From positions 9,920 to 73,919 of the forward strand of contig JAEUTB010000188.1 in assembly GCA_016787995.1 (NCBI GenBank): a stretch of DNA of 64,000 nt, given 5' to 3'. The first letter of the stretch is position 1. The number at the start of each line of letters is the position of its first letter. Origin of the DNA: Flavobacteriales bacterium (GTDB lineage Bacteria; Bacteroidota; Bacteroidia; Flavobacteriales_F; PHOS-HE28). The translations under genes and the position numbers were made by a program. The notes under the pieces are model-generated. The model had not been told where the DNA came from, searched no databases, and saw nothing but the letters and a program-made list of their open reading frames with translations. This document shows, one piece after another, positions 27,943 to 37,219 of this stretch.

Positions 27943-29676
27943 CTAGGTCTTGGGTTGGAACACGAACACGTAACCGGCCAGCAGGCGTATCTCGGTGAAT
28001 TCGCGGGAGGCCACGAACGTGGTACTGTTCAACAGGCCGTTCACCGTGAGTTGAAAGCGATGCATCGCCGTTACGCGGTACTGCCAAGTGGTGTTGGCGT
28101 TCACGGTATTGCCCGCGTTGGCGCCATCCTGCAGGGCGGCGTTCCATGAAGCGGAGAGCGCACCGGTGAGCCTTTGCCTGGCCATGGTGCGGGAGATCCC
28201 GAATGTGGGCCCTACGAGGATGTAGGTGCTGCTGACCGAGGTGTTGCGGCTGAAGTTGATGCCCCCGTTCACCGAAAGGTTATCTGCATTTCGGGTGCGA
28301 TTGAGGAAGAGGTTGCCATAGATCACTTCATTCTCGGCGGTGGCGAAGGTGTTGTAGGGATTGAGGTCCTGCAGTTGTTGCAGGCCACCGGTGAGGCTGA
28401 TGGTGAAGGTGCGCTGGCTGTTGGTGCGCACATACCGCTGCGAAAGCGTCATGCTCCGGTTCACCTGTGCTACGCGGAACGTATCGCTGAGCGCGCGCAG
28501 ACCGGCTTGTTGTTCAATGCCGTAGTTGCTGAGGTTGATATCCGCACCGTACGTGCGTGAAGGGTTCCAGCTCACGTTGGCCGAGCCGATGCGACGGACC
28601 GAGGTGGCCATTTTGCGGCCGCTCAAGTTGTCCTGCTGCTGGCCGTAGCTGCCGCTCAGACGTAGTTTGTTCTTCCACAGGCGGAGGCTCGGTGCAACGG
28701 TGATGGCGCGCAGATCGGCCGCTTGGTAGTAGGCGCCGAGCGAACGGTAGTCCGGATCCACTTGCTTCACTTCGCCACGCAAGCTGAAGATCTTGTACGC
28801 ATAGGTGAGGGAGGTGTGGCCGGCGAACAACAGCTTCGCACCCAGGCGCGGGTTGAAGACGCCCTGCAAGGAAGCGGGCACATCGGTGGCCACGATGGCT
28901 GGTGCGCGCAGGTCCTCGTTCATGGCGCTGCCTCCTGCATCGAATTGCCAGGTGATGCGTTTGCCTAGAGCGAGTCTGCCGCTAACACCGAGCGCCACGT
29001 TCTGTTTAGGTGCCGATGCGGGATCGTTGCTCACCACCTCGGGAATGGAGGTGGTGTCATCCTCGGCCTGGAAGACCATCACATCGAAGTAGTTCCGCCG
29101 GTTGCCTACACCCACCTTGACACCGTAGCCGGTGCGTTCGTAAGCCGGCCGTGGTGCGATGGAGGCGAGCGTGTCCTGCGCCACCGGCTTGTTGAAGCGG
29201 CCGTAGAACGCGGCGAAGCGGAACCCCTTCGGCTCCAACTCCACGCCTGCGCCGAAGAACTGCACGCCGGCCATGGTGTACGGGTTGAAACGAATGCTGC
29301 GGTAGCCCAAGTGCAACTTGGCCCACTTGTAATAGGGGCTCATGCCATAGCGGTTGAAGGGCTGGGTCCACGTGCGCTGTTGCGAACCCACGTTGAAGCT
29401 CACCGGCACCTGCCAGCCATAGAGGCTCAGGGTAACAGCACCGGTGGTGTTCCACCAGAAGGGCTCGTTGCGCGGGGTGCCGTCACCGCTGTAGAAGTAG
29501 GGCCCGCCCATCACCGAAAGGCTGCCGTTGACCCGCACCGGCTTCTCCTTGCCGATGGCGCCCAGGTCCTGTGCGGTAACGCTCAGCACCATGGCCCAAG
29601 GGAGGAGCGCGGCTAAGAGGTGGTGCAGCGGAAGACGGTACATGCTGGCCTTGGTGGACGTTCCACGCTTGGCCAA
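27943..29676 (-). CDS. predicted outer-membrane beta-barrel protein (uncharacterised family)
   Basis: Signal peptide (LLAALLPWAMVLSVTAQ). Gly/aromatic-rich sequence with alternating amphipathic strands throughout (YGVKVGVGNRRNYFDVMVFQ, LTVNGLLNSTTFVASREFTEIRLLAGYVFVFQ). No POTRA or plug motif seen. Its stop is 4 nt before the giant gene ATG. An alternative start lies at 29643. Confidence 0.6.
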   Translation of the reverse strand: MAKRGTSTKASMYRLPLHHLLAALLPWAMVLSVTAQDLGAIGKEKPVRVNGSLSVMGGPYFYSGDGTPRNEPFWWNTTGAVTLSLYGWQVPVSFNVGSQQRTWTQPFNRYGMSPYYKWAKLHLGYRSIRFNPYTMAGVQFFGAGVELEPKGFRFAAFYGRFNKPVAQDTLASIAPRPAYERTGYGVKVGVGNRRNYFDVMVFQAEDDTTSIPEVVSNDPASAPKQNVALGVSGRLALGKRITWQFDAGGSAMNEDLRAPAIVATDVPASLQGVFNPRLGAKLLFAGHTSLTYAYKIFSLRGEVKQVDPDYRSLGAYYQAADLRAITVAPSLRLWKNKLRLSGSYGQQQDNLSGRKMATSVRRIGSANVSWNPSRTYGADINLSNYGIEQQAGLRALSDTFRVAQVNRSMTLSQRYVRTNSQRTFTISLTGGLQQLQDLNPYNTFATAENEVIYGNLFLNRTRNADNLSVNGGINFSRNTSVSSTYILVGPTFGISRTMARQRLTGALSASWNAALQDGANAGNTVNANTTWQYRVTAMHRFQLTVNGLLNSTTFVASREFTEIRLLAGYVFVFQPKT

Positions 29677-29724
29677 AAGTGCCTGCGCCGTGCTGGCCCG
29701 GCAATACCCCGTGTGTAGTACGCG

Positions 29725-30363
29725 CTACCGCCCGGGGTAGACCTTGCGCACGGCCTCCATACGCCCGTTCACCTGCAGTTTGCTGTAGATGCGCCGCACG
29801 TGCACACGTACGGTCTCCGTGCTGATACCCGCTTTGGCGGCGATCTCTTTGTACTGCAATCCGGAGGCGAGGCCATCGAGCACTCCTTTCTCCCGGTCGG
29901 TGAGCAGCTCGTCGTTGATCTGTTGCCGGGTCTCCTGCTGGAAGCTGCTCACCACCAAACGAGCGATGGCGCTGTTCATGGGCGATCCTCCTTTGTGGAT
30001 GTCGTGGATCGCTTCGAGCAGTTCTTCGGTGGTGGTGCTTTTCAACAGGTAACCCGTGGCACCGGCACAGAGGGCCTGGAAGATGTAGGCCGGGTTCTCG
30101 AAGATGGTGAGCATCAGGTATTGTACCTCGGGCTTCACCACCTTGGCTTCGCGCACGCAATCGATCCCGCTCTTACCGGGCATATTGATGTCCATCAGCA
30201 CCACTTGCGCCGTGAGCTCTTCGATGTGTTCCAGGAACGCATCGCCACTGGCATACGTGCGTACGAGTTGAAGCCCATCGGCCCGTTCGATACGGCGACG
30301 TAGCAATTCGCGCAGTTCATCATCGTCCTCAACGATGACGATACGGACCGGGGCGCTTGCCAT
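29725..30363 (-). CDS. NarL/FixJ-type response regulator (REC + LuxR HTH)
   Basis: Paralog of 5349-6002 (IVIVEDDDELRELLRRRI...VVLMDINMPGKSG...LTDREKGVLDGLASGLQYKEIAAKAGISTETVRVHVRRIYSKL). ATG 30363 is preferred over the track's TTG at 30396. Confidence 0.9.
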   Translation of the reverse strand: MASAPVRIVIVEDDDELRELLRRRIERADGLQLVRTYASGDAFLEHIEELTAQVVLMDINMPGKSGIDCVREAKVVKPEVQYLMLTIFENPAYIFQALCAGATGYLLKSTTTEELLEAIHDIHKGGSPMNSAIARLVVSSFQQETRQQINDELLTDREKGVLDGLASGLQYKEIAAKAGISTETVRVHVRRIYSKLQVNGRMEAVRKVYPGR

Positions 30364-30392
30364 GTGGGCAAGATAGCGTTTCCCGCTGGATA

Positions 30393-32243
30393 TCAAGTGT
30401 TGAGGGCAAGGTCCAGCTGGAGCCGGGTGCCCTTGGTACCATCCAAGCTCAAGCGTGCACCGATGCGTTCCGCACGTGCCCGCATATTGGACAGACCATG
30501 ACCACTCGCCTGTTCCTTGTCGCCCATTCCTTTGCCATCATCCTCCACCACCAGGCGAATGGACCGTTGGTCGGTACGCATCACCACCCCGATGTGCTCC
30601 GCCTTGGCATATTTGATCGCATTGTTCAGCCCTTCCCGCAGGATGAGGTAAACGTCCCTTTTCGTTCCTGGATCAAGGGTCACATCGGGCCCTTCGTGCA
30701 CGCAGTCTATCGTGTACTTGACGTGGCTCCATTCGAGCATCCGTTCAGCATGGGCACGCACCCGTTCGGTAAGCCCGGCGAGCGAGTCGTGGTGCGGGTC
30801 TATGGCCCAAACGATATCGCCGAGCGAACGATTGGCTTCGGCAGCGACACGTTCGATATCCCGTGCGGTACGTGCCAGCGCAACGGGATCGTTCTTCAGT
30901 ACGATGCCCACCTCACTGCTCAGCATGGCGAGTTTGGTAAGGTCGCTGCCGAGTTGATCGTGCACGTCGCGGGCGATACGGGTGCGCACTTCGGACGCTT
31001 CACGTTCCTTTTCGCTGATGATCAATTGCTCCTGTGCGCGCACCAGTTCTTCATTCTTAGCGCGCATGGCAAGGGCGCTACGTGCGCTGTTGCGGTAGAG
31101 GCCGAACCCGAGCGCGGCGATGACAAGAAGTAGACCGCCGCCGAGCAGTGCATTGCGCTTCTTTCGCTTTTCCTCAGCCAGTTCAGCGGCCACCCTCTCG
31201 GCCTCGCGTTCCTGCTCCGCCTTCATACGCACTTCGGTGATCGCCTGTGTCTTTTCGATATCGAGGTCGTTCGTGTGAGCTGTTCGGGCTTTGTCCAGAT
31301 AGGACAAGGCCTGTGCACTTTCTCCGGTGGCGCTTGCCACCAGCGCGAGCAGTTCGTAGGTACGGGATCGGTACTCGTTGTTCTCCAATTCAAGGGCGAT
31401 GCGTTCGGCTTCCAGCAGTATCGAACGCGCCTCTTGATACTTGCCGACGCCACAAAGGGCTCGTGCCAACTGACCGAGGTAGATGCACCGTTGGCCGAGA
31501 TTCTCATCGTTCCGGAGCTCCGAGGCGGCCATTCGCAAGTAGTGCAAGGCACTGTCGAAGCGCTCCTCTTTCATGTGGATCTCGGCGATGTCCATGCGGC
31601 ACAGCGCTGCATGGTTGAGGAGCTCCATACGCTCGTAGATGCCGAGTGTCTTGCGTTGGATGAGCAATGCGCTATCCCGGTCCGCCTCATCGAAGAGGAT
31701 GGTCCCGAGTCCCGAATAGGTGTTGGCCAGGTTACCATCCTCGGGCAGCTTGTCCAGGATGGCCAGCGCTTGGAGCGTGAGTGATTTCGCGCGGGGGATG
31801 TCGTCCGTGGCGCGGAACTGATAGGCCTGGTAGTTCATGGCGGCCGCCCGCAACTTCAGATCGCCCATGCGCTCGGCCACACGTTCCATGGTGGTGAAGG
31901 CCGCCAAGGCTTCGGCATACCGACCGGCATAGTGGTGGGCGACCCCTTCGAGCTTCGCGGCTTGCAAAGCGCGCTGGTCCAGCAGCCTCTTGTCACCGCC
32001 GTCGTCGATGGCATTGATCGCGTCGGCAGCGAGGCGCGCTGCCCTGTACGATCGTTCCGTTTCGCCGGTGGCCACCCACGCTTTCGCACTGTCCAACAGC
32101 TGATCGACCCGCACGGTATCGGCCCATCGGCCCGCCTTTCCGTTCGCGGGGAAAAGCGACTCCACTGCGATGTGGGTACTGTCCTGTGCAAGGACTGATG
32201 CTGCTGTGCAAAGCAGGAACAGGACAGGAGCGAGCATCCTCAT
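30393..32243 (-). CDS. TPR-repeat sensor histidine kinase (HisKA_3 / HATPase_c), array member 1
   Basis: Signal peptide from ATG 32243 (MRMLAPVLFLLCTAASVLAQ). TPR-like region, one TM helix. H-box RIARDVHDQLGSDLTKL. ATPase motifs NNAIKYA, DDGKGMG, GHGLSNM. Confidence 0.9.
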   Translation of the reverse strand: MRMLAPVLFLLCTAASVLAQDSTHIAVESLFPANGKAGRWADTVRVDQLLDSAKAWVATGETERSYRAARLAADAINAIDDGGDKRLLDQRALQAAKLEGVAHHYAGRYAEALAAFTTMERVAERMGDLKLRAAAMNYQAYQFRATDDIPRAKSLTLQALAILDKLPEDGNLANTYSGLGTILFDEADRDSALLIQRKTLGIYERMELLNHAALCRMDIAEIHMKEERFDSALHYLRMAASELRNDENLGQRCIYLGQLARALCGVGKYQEARSILLEAERIALELENNEYRSRTYELLALVASATGESAQALSYLDKARTAHTNDLDIEKTQAITEVRMKAEQEREAERVAAELAEEKRKKRNALLGGGLLLVIAALGFGLYRNSARSALAMRAKNEELVRAQEQLIISEKEREASEVRTRIARDVHDQLGSDLTKLAMLSSEVGIVLKNDPVALARTARDIERVAAEANRSLGDIVWAIDPHHDSLAGLTERVRAHAERMLEWSHVKYTIDCVHEGPDVTLDPGTKRDVYLILREGLNNAIKYAKAEHIGVVMRTDQRSIRLVVEDDGKGMGDKEQASGHGLSNMRARAERIGARLSLDGTKGTRLQLDLALNT

Positions 32244-32320
32244 GGTCGGTGGTCGGATCTTACACGTCGGATGCAACGAAGATCCAACTTCATTCCGATC
32301 GTGGAAATAACCCACGAGGG

Positions 32321-34432
32321 TTAAGCGGGCGATAGGTCCACGCGGAACCGTATGCATGTTCCTGATCCGGCATCGCTGGCAATGGTCAATGAGCCGCCGA
32401 TGTGTTCAGCCCGATGGCGCATGTTCTCGAGTCCATGACCGCTTTTGGGTGCGCCGCTCATACCAATGCCATCATCGCACACCTCGAACTGCACGAACGA
32501 AGCGGATGTCTTGAAGACCACACGGATGTGTTCTGCCTTCGCGTATTTGATGGCGTTGTTCAGGGCCTCGCGGAGGATCAAATAGATATCGCGTTTGGTG
32601 GCAGGGTCCAAGGATGTGTCGGGCCCTTCATGCCTACAGTCGATGGTATGGGCCACATGGCTCCACAGGAGCATACGTTCACAATGCGCACGAACGCGTT
32701 CGGTGAGTCCCGCCAGCGAATCGTGATGGGGGTCCACGGCCCATACGATGTCGCCAAGTGAGCGGTTCGCTTCAGTGGAAACGCGTTCCATGTCTGCGGC
32801 CAATTCGGAAAGCGCCGTCGGGTCCTCGTTGGCCAAGGCCTTCGCTTCACTGCTTAGCAGGGCGAGTTTCGTGAGGTCGCTACCCAATTGGTCATGTACA
32901 TCACGAGCGATGCGCGTTCGCACTTCGGCGGCTTCGCGCGCGCGTTCACTCACTACCAGTTTCTCCTGGGCGGCTTCGATGGCGCGTTTGGCCCTCGTCG
33001 TGTACCGCATGCGCACCCACGCCGCGGATCCCAGCACAGCAGCGATCACCAGCAAGGCCAACAACCAGGTACGTTGTTCCCGGTGTCTCGCCTCGGTCCG
33101 TGTTCGTTCGGCCACATGGCGTAGGCTGTCCGTTTCCGCCGCGCGCTCATAGGCGTACTTGAACCCGCTGCGCAACAATTCGCGCTGGTTCTCTTCGCGG
33201 AGGATGCTGTCGTTCAGCAGCACGACGCGCTCGTGCACCGTTAGTGCTTCTTGCCAGCGACCGAGCGCCTTCAAGGCCGCATATCGCGCAGCGGCAGCAT
33301 CGCGCTGCAGGTTCAGTTCCTCGGCGCGTGCTGCGGCGCTGTCGGCGGCCACGGCCATCGCGAGCGCAAGGGCTGGTTCACCTGTCCGTAGGAGCACATT
33401 GCTCATCCCCACGAGTGCATTGCTCAACCCGTATGGCAGGTCTTCTTCCCGGGCCATCACCACGTTCTGCTCGAAGAGCGCCTTGGCTTCACTGGTCCGG
33501 TGTTGTGCGAGCAGAAGCGTTGCCAAGCGGTTGCGCACGTTCACCAGTCCGTGGTGGTCGCCGATGGCCAGTCTGATCGCTTCGCTACGGCGGTAGGCTT
33601 GCCTCGATCCGGTGGTATCGCCCAGTTCTTCGAGGCACGAACCGATCTCCTCTAGTTGCGTGCCCAATTGATGCTGATCGTCGAGTTCCTCCGCCATCGC
33701 TGCGGCACGACGGTAGTATCCGAGCGCCTCGTTCCAGTCGCTTTGGTTGAGGTACAGGCCGCCGAGGTTAGCCAGCGAGGTGCAGATGCCGCGCTTGTTG
33801 CCTAGCAGCTCCTGGATGTGCAGGCTCTGTTGGTAGAGGTCCACGGCCTTGCCATGGTCGCCGCGGAGCATCTGCACGCGTCCGATGGCGTTGAGGTCGT
33901 TGGCGATGCTCGCGCTATCCGCCAGGCGCTCGTGGAGGGCCAAGCCTTCTTGATAGAGCGTGAGCGCGGAATCCAGATCCCCGAGGAAGGAGAGCATACT
34001 GCCCATGTTGCTGATCACGTCGGCCTGTCCTTCGGCATCGCCATTGCGCCGATGGAGAGCAAGCGCCGTGTCATAATGCAACAGGGCGGTCCGCATATCG
34101 CCGCGCACGTACCATACGGCGGCCAGGAGCTCGCTCGCTCGAGCGACGAAGACCGGGTTGTTGCGTTCACGTGCATCGTGCTGCAGTTGAAGTCCGAGGG
34201 CGTACGCACTATCCGGATCACTGAACAGGAAGCCGTCCCAGACCAGGTCGTAGTACGCCCTGAAGCGGATGCTGTCCGGCTGTGCCGCATCGTTGGCGAG
34301 CGTGCGTAGCGAGTCGATGCCGGTTTGGGAGAATGATGGTGCACCGAGCAGGATGAGCGCACCCGCTATCCAAGATCGCAGTCCGGTCGATGCGGTCAGT
34401 CGTGGCATCCGTACTTCAGGCCAATGGAGCAT
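32321..34432 (-). CDS. TPR-repeat sensor histidine kinase (HisKA_3 / HATPase_c), array member 2
   Basis: Same architecture as member 1, with H-box RIARDVHDQLGSDLTKL. An alternative ATG at 34408 (MPRLTAST...) would remove the 17-nt overlap with the upstream kinase. Confidence 0.9.
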   Translation of the reverse strand: MLHWPEVRMPRLTASTGLRSWIAGALILLGAPSFSQTGIDSLRTLANDAAQPDSIRFRAYYDLVWDGFLFSDPDSAYALGLQLQHDARERNNPVFVARASELLAAVWYVRGDMRTALLHYDTALALHRRNGDAEGQADVISNMGSMLSFLGDLDSALTLYQEGLALHERLADSASIANDLNAIGRVQMLRGDHGKAVDLYQQSLHIQELLGNKRGICTSLANLGGLYLNQSDWNEALGYYRRAAAMAEELDDQHQLGTQLEEIGSCLEELGDTTGSRQAYRRSEAIRLAIGDHHGLVNVRNRLATLLLAQHRTSEAKALFEQNVVMAREEDLPYGLSNALVGMSNVLLRTGEPALALAMAVAADSAAARAEELNLQRDAAAARYAALKALGRWQEALTVHERVVLLNDSILREENQRELLRSGFKYAYERAAETDSLRHVAERTRTEARHREQRTWLLALLVIAAVLGSAAWVRMRYTTRAKRAIEAAQEKLVVSERAREAAEVRTRIARDVHDQLGSDLTKLALLSSEAKALANEDPTALSELAADMERVSTEANRSLGDIVWAVDPHHDSLAGLTERVRAHCERMLLWSHVAHTIDCRHEGPDTSLDPATKRDIYLILREALNNAIKYAKAEHIRVVFKTSASFVQFEVCDDGIGMSGAPKSGHGLENMRHRAEHIGGSLTIASDAGSGTCIRFRVDLSPA

Positions 34433-36449
34433 CCAAGCGGATCAAGGTACCACCTCCGGCCTCACTGGCAATGACCAGATCGCCGGCCAAGCGATCGGAC
34501 CGCTCCTTCAGATTGCGTAGCCCGTTGCCGGTCCGCAACGCACCCGGAACATGGAAGCCCACCCCATCATCCTTGACCTGGATCCGCACCCGCTCCTCCC
34601 GTGCGGTAAGGTCCACTTCGATCATCGAGGCTTGGGCATATTTGATCGCGTTGTTCAATGCTTCGCGTAGGAAGAGGTATAGATCACGCTTGCGGGCTGG
34701 ATCGATGTGGCGGTCGCGCCCCTCCAACACGCAATGGACACGATAGGCGACCCCACTTCGTGCGAGCATGCGTTCCGCGAACTGTTTCGAACGATCCGCC
34801 AGACCGATCAGGCTATCATGTTCGGGATCAACGGCCCAGACGATGTCGCTTAACGATCGGCCGGCTTCATGGGCCACGCGATCGATGTCCGCCACCAGTT
34901 GCGGTACGGAGGCTGGATCATCCTTCAAGCTGGCCTGCACCTCGCTTCCAAGTAGGCTGAGCTTGGTGAGGTCACTTCCAAGCTGATCGTGCACATCACG
35001 TGCGATGCGTGTGCGCACTTCGGAAGCTTCCCGTTGTTTTTCCGCCGAGATCAGTCGTTCCTGCGCTTCCAGCACCATCGCATTCGCCTGGCGTTGTGAG
35101 CGCCATCGGAGCCAGAACGCGGTTGCGGCACCCACCGCGGCGCATGCGAGGGCGATCAAGAGCCAGCGTTGATTACGCTCCCGATCGGCTCGGTAGGCCT
35201 GGATGATGCCTTCGCTACGCAACGTCTCCGCTCGCCCGATGCTGTCTCGCACTTCTTTTTCCCGGAATGCAGCCAGCAACAGCTCTTCCCGCCCGCTCAT
35301 GGCGGCCACACTGTCCTTCAGAACGGTCCACACCTCGGTCAGGCGCAGGGCGTCGGCCGTACGGCCCTGCTGTTTGTACAGCTCTTTGAGCTTGCCAGCC
35401 GCATATAGCATGGAGCCTTCGTCGCCCAGTTCGCGCGCCACGCCCACGTAGCTGTTCTCCGATGCCATTCGGAACCCCTCCAACAGCCGGTTTTCGGCCT
35501 CCTGTGTACGACCAAGTCGCCACAGGCCTTCACCGATGAGTACCGTACACGCGCAATGCGCCGCGTCATCGTCCATCCGGCCAGCCAGTACCTCGCATTG
35601 TCGTGCGCGTCGGACGCCCTCTTCCACGCGTCCTTGTCCGTACAACAAGCGCACCAAGGGCACGAGCGTAGGCAAACTGTCCCATGCGTTGTCCGTCCGC
35701 GCTGCTGTGATCAAACCCTTCAGCAGCAAAGCCTCTGCGGCCGATGTGTCGCCTTGTAGCAGCGCGAGATCGGCGCGTTCGTTCAATACCGCGATACTGT
35801 CTACCGGAGAGGTGGCGCGCACGGAGTCCAACAAGGCCGATGCCCTCTCGGTCTGTTTGCGCTGCACGGCGCATCGTGCCAGGTGGACGATGGCTTGCGT
35901 ACTGAGCCGAGCGTCGTTCAGTGCTTCGGCAATGGCCCGTTCCCTTCCGAACGCCTCCACGGCGCGAGTCCACGAGCCGGTCACCTGATAGACCAGACCG
36001 AGCGCATCCCAACATTCTCCCACGGCTCGTTGGTGGCCAACGGCCTGGAATTCCTCCATGGCCGCCTGTAGGGAGGCCAATGCGAGCGGGATGTTGCGGG
36101 CGAACTTGGCCCGGTAACCGGTGAAGAAGTGGAAGGCCCCGCGCGCATGGCGGGCGCGCTGGCGCACAGCCGCTTGCGGATGTAGCAGGAGTTCAGCGCT
36201 CAGCGGATCCAGTCGGTGGAGGTAAGGCAAGGCGCGGTCCGAAGTGGTCCAGGACTCCACTGCCCAAATGAGCAGGCGCAATTGCAACGTGTCTTTCTTC
36301 TGCGGATCGAGCAGCGGCGTGATCGAATCCAAGCGCGCGGCGTTCTCCTGTGCCTGGGAGGAGGAGGCCGGAACGCACGATGCTAGAACGGTGAATACGA
36401 GCGCTTTCCGCATCGGGTCAAAAGTGGTGCCTCTTCTCGGCTGCAGCAA
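34416..36449 (-). CDS. TPR-repeat sensor histidine kinase (HisKA_3 / HATPase_c), array member 3
   Basis: Same architecture, with H-box RIARDVHDQLGSDLTKL, NNAIKYA, DDGVGF, GNGLRNL. Alternative ATG at 36413 (MRKALVFTVLASC). Confidence 0.9.
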   Translation of the reverse strand: MLQPRRGTTFDPMRKALVFTVLASCVPASSSQAQENAARLDSITPLLDPQKKDTLQLRLLIWAVESWTTSDRALPYLHRLDPLSAELLLHPQAAVRQRARHARGAFHFFTGYRAKFARNIPLALASLQAAMEEFQAVGHQRAVGECWDALGLVYQVTGSWTRAVEAFGRERAIAEALNDARLSTQAIVHLARCAVQRKQTERASALLDSVRATSPVDSIAVLNERADLALLQGDTSAAEALLLKGLITAARTDNAWDSLPTLVPLVRLLYGQGRVEEGVRRARQCEVLAGRMDDDAAHCACTVLIGEGLWRLGRTQEAENRLLEGFRMASENSYVGVARELGDEGSMLYAAGKLKELYKQQGRTADALRLTEVWTVLKDSVAAMSGREELLLAAFREKEVRDSIGRAETLRSEGIIQAYRADRERNQRWLLIALACAAVGAATAFWLRWRSQRQANAMVLEAQERLISAEKQREASEVRTRIARDVHDQLGSDLTKLSLLGSEVQASLKDDPASVPQLVADIDRVAHEAGRSLSDIVWAVDPEHDSLIGLADRSKQFAERMLARSGVAYRVHCVLEGRDRHIDPARKRDLYLFLREALNNAIKYAQASMIEVDLTAREERVRIQVKDDGVGFHVPGALRTGNGLRNLKERSDRLAGDLVIASEAGGGTLIRLDAPLA

Positions 36450-36559
36450 TAACCCGCTCAGGTTAGATCATGCCACATCGCGTTCATCCAGCTCGGTCAC
36501 CACTCATCACAATGGAAACATTATTCAGTGCAAAACGTTTCCAGTGTGTTCGGATCGCC

Positions 36560-36567
36560 ATACGTTT
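36560..36567 (+). promoter_or_regulatory. candidate Bacteroidetes -7 promoter box (TAcgTTTG)
   Basis: Matches the TAnnTTTG consensus, 37 nt upstream of the TetR ATG at 36605. No clear -33 element was seen. Confidence 0.3.
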
Positions 36568-36604
36568 GCACCCCGATCCGAAAAGGATCACCTGGAGAAC
36601 GGCC

Positions 36605-37219
36605 ATGGAGCCCAAGAAGAAGGACATCCTGGAGCAAGCGCTGAAGTTGTTCATGCGCTTCGGTGTCAAGAGCATGACCATGGATGATGTGGCCACACAG
36701 CTCCGCATCAGCAAGAAGACGCTTTACGAGCATTTCTCCGACAAGAACGACCTGGTGGAGCAAGTGGTGATGGGGGTGTGCAAGCACCACCGTGTCACGA
36801 TCGAGGCTATTTGTGAGCGCGGGCTTAACGCCATCGACGAGAACCACGAGATCACCAAGTTCATCGTGGCGCAGATCGGCGGGGTGCACCCCAGCGTGCA
36901 GTTCGATCTGCAGAAGTACCACCCGAAAGCATGGTCCATCCTGGACGAGACCGAGCGCACTGATATCTACCGCTGCGTGAGCACCAACCTGAAGAAGGGG
37001 CTCAAGGAAGGCCTCTATCGGGATGATCTGGATGTGGAGGTGATCACGCGCCTGTACATCGCCCGCATGGATGCCACGTGGGATGGCCAGGTCTTCCCGC
37101 AGGACCAGTTCAACATCAGCGAAGTACTTTGGAAGCACTTCGAATACCACATCCGCGGTATCGCCAGCAAGAAGGGGCTGGACTACCTGGAGAAGAAAGT
37201 GAAGAAAGAACGACCATGA
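36605..37219 (+). CDS. TetR/AcrR-family transcriptional regulator
   Basis: N-terminal TetR HTH (ILEQALKLFMRFGVKSMTMDDVATQLRISKKTLYEHFSDKNDLV). Start at ATG 36605. Its stop overlaps the next ATG (ATGA). Confidence 0.85.
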   Translation: MEPKKKDILEQALKLFMRFGVKSMTMDDVATQLRISKKTLYEHFSDKNDLVEQVVMGVCKHHRVTIEAICERGLNAIDENHEITKFIVAQIGGVHPSVQFDLQKYHPKAWSILDETERTDIYRCVSTNLKKGLKEGLYRDDLDVEVITRLYIARMDATWDGQVFPQDQFNISEVLWKHFEYHIRGIASKKGLDYLEKKVKKERP

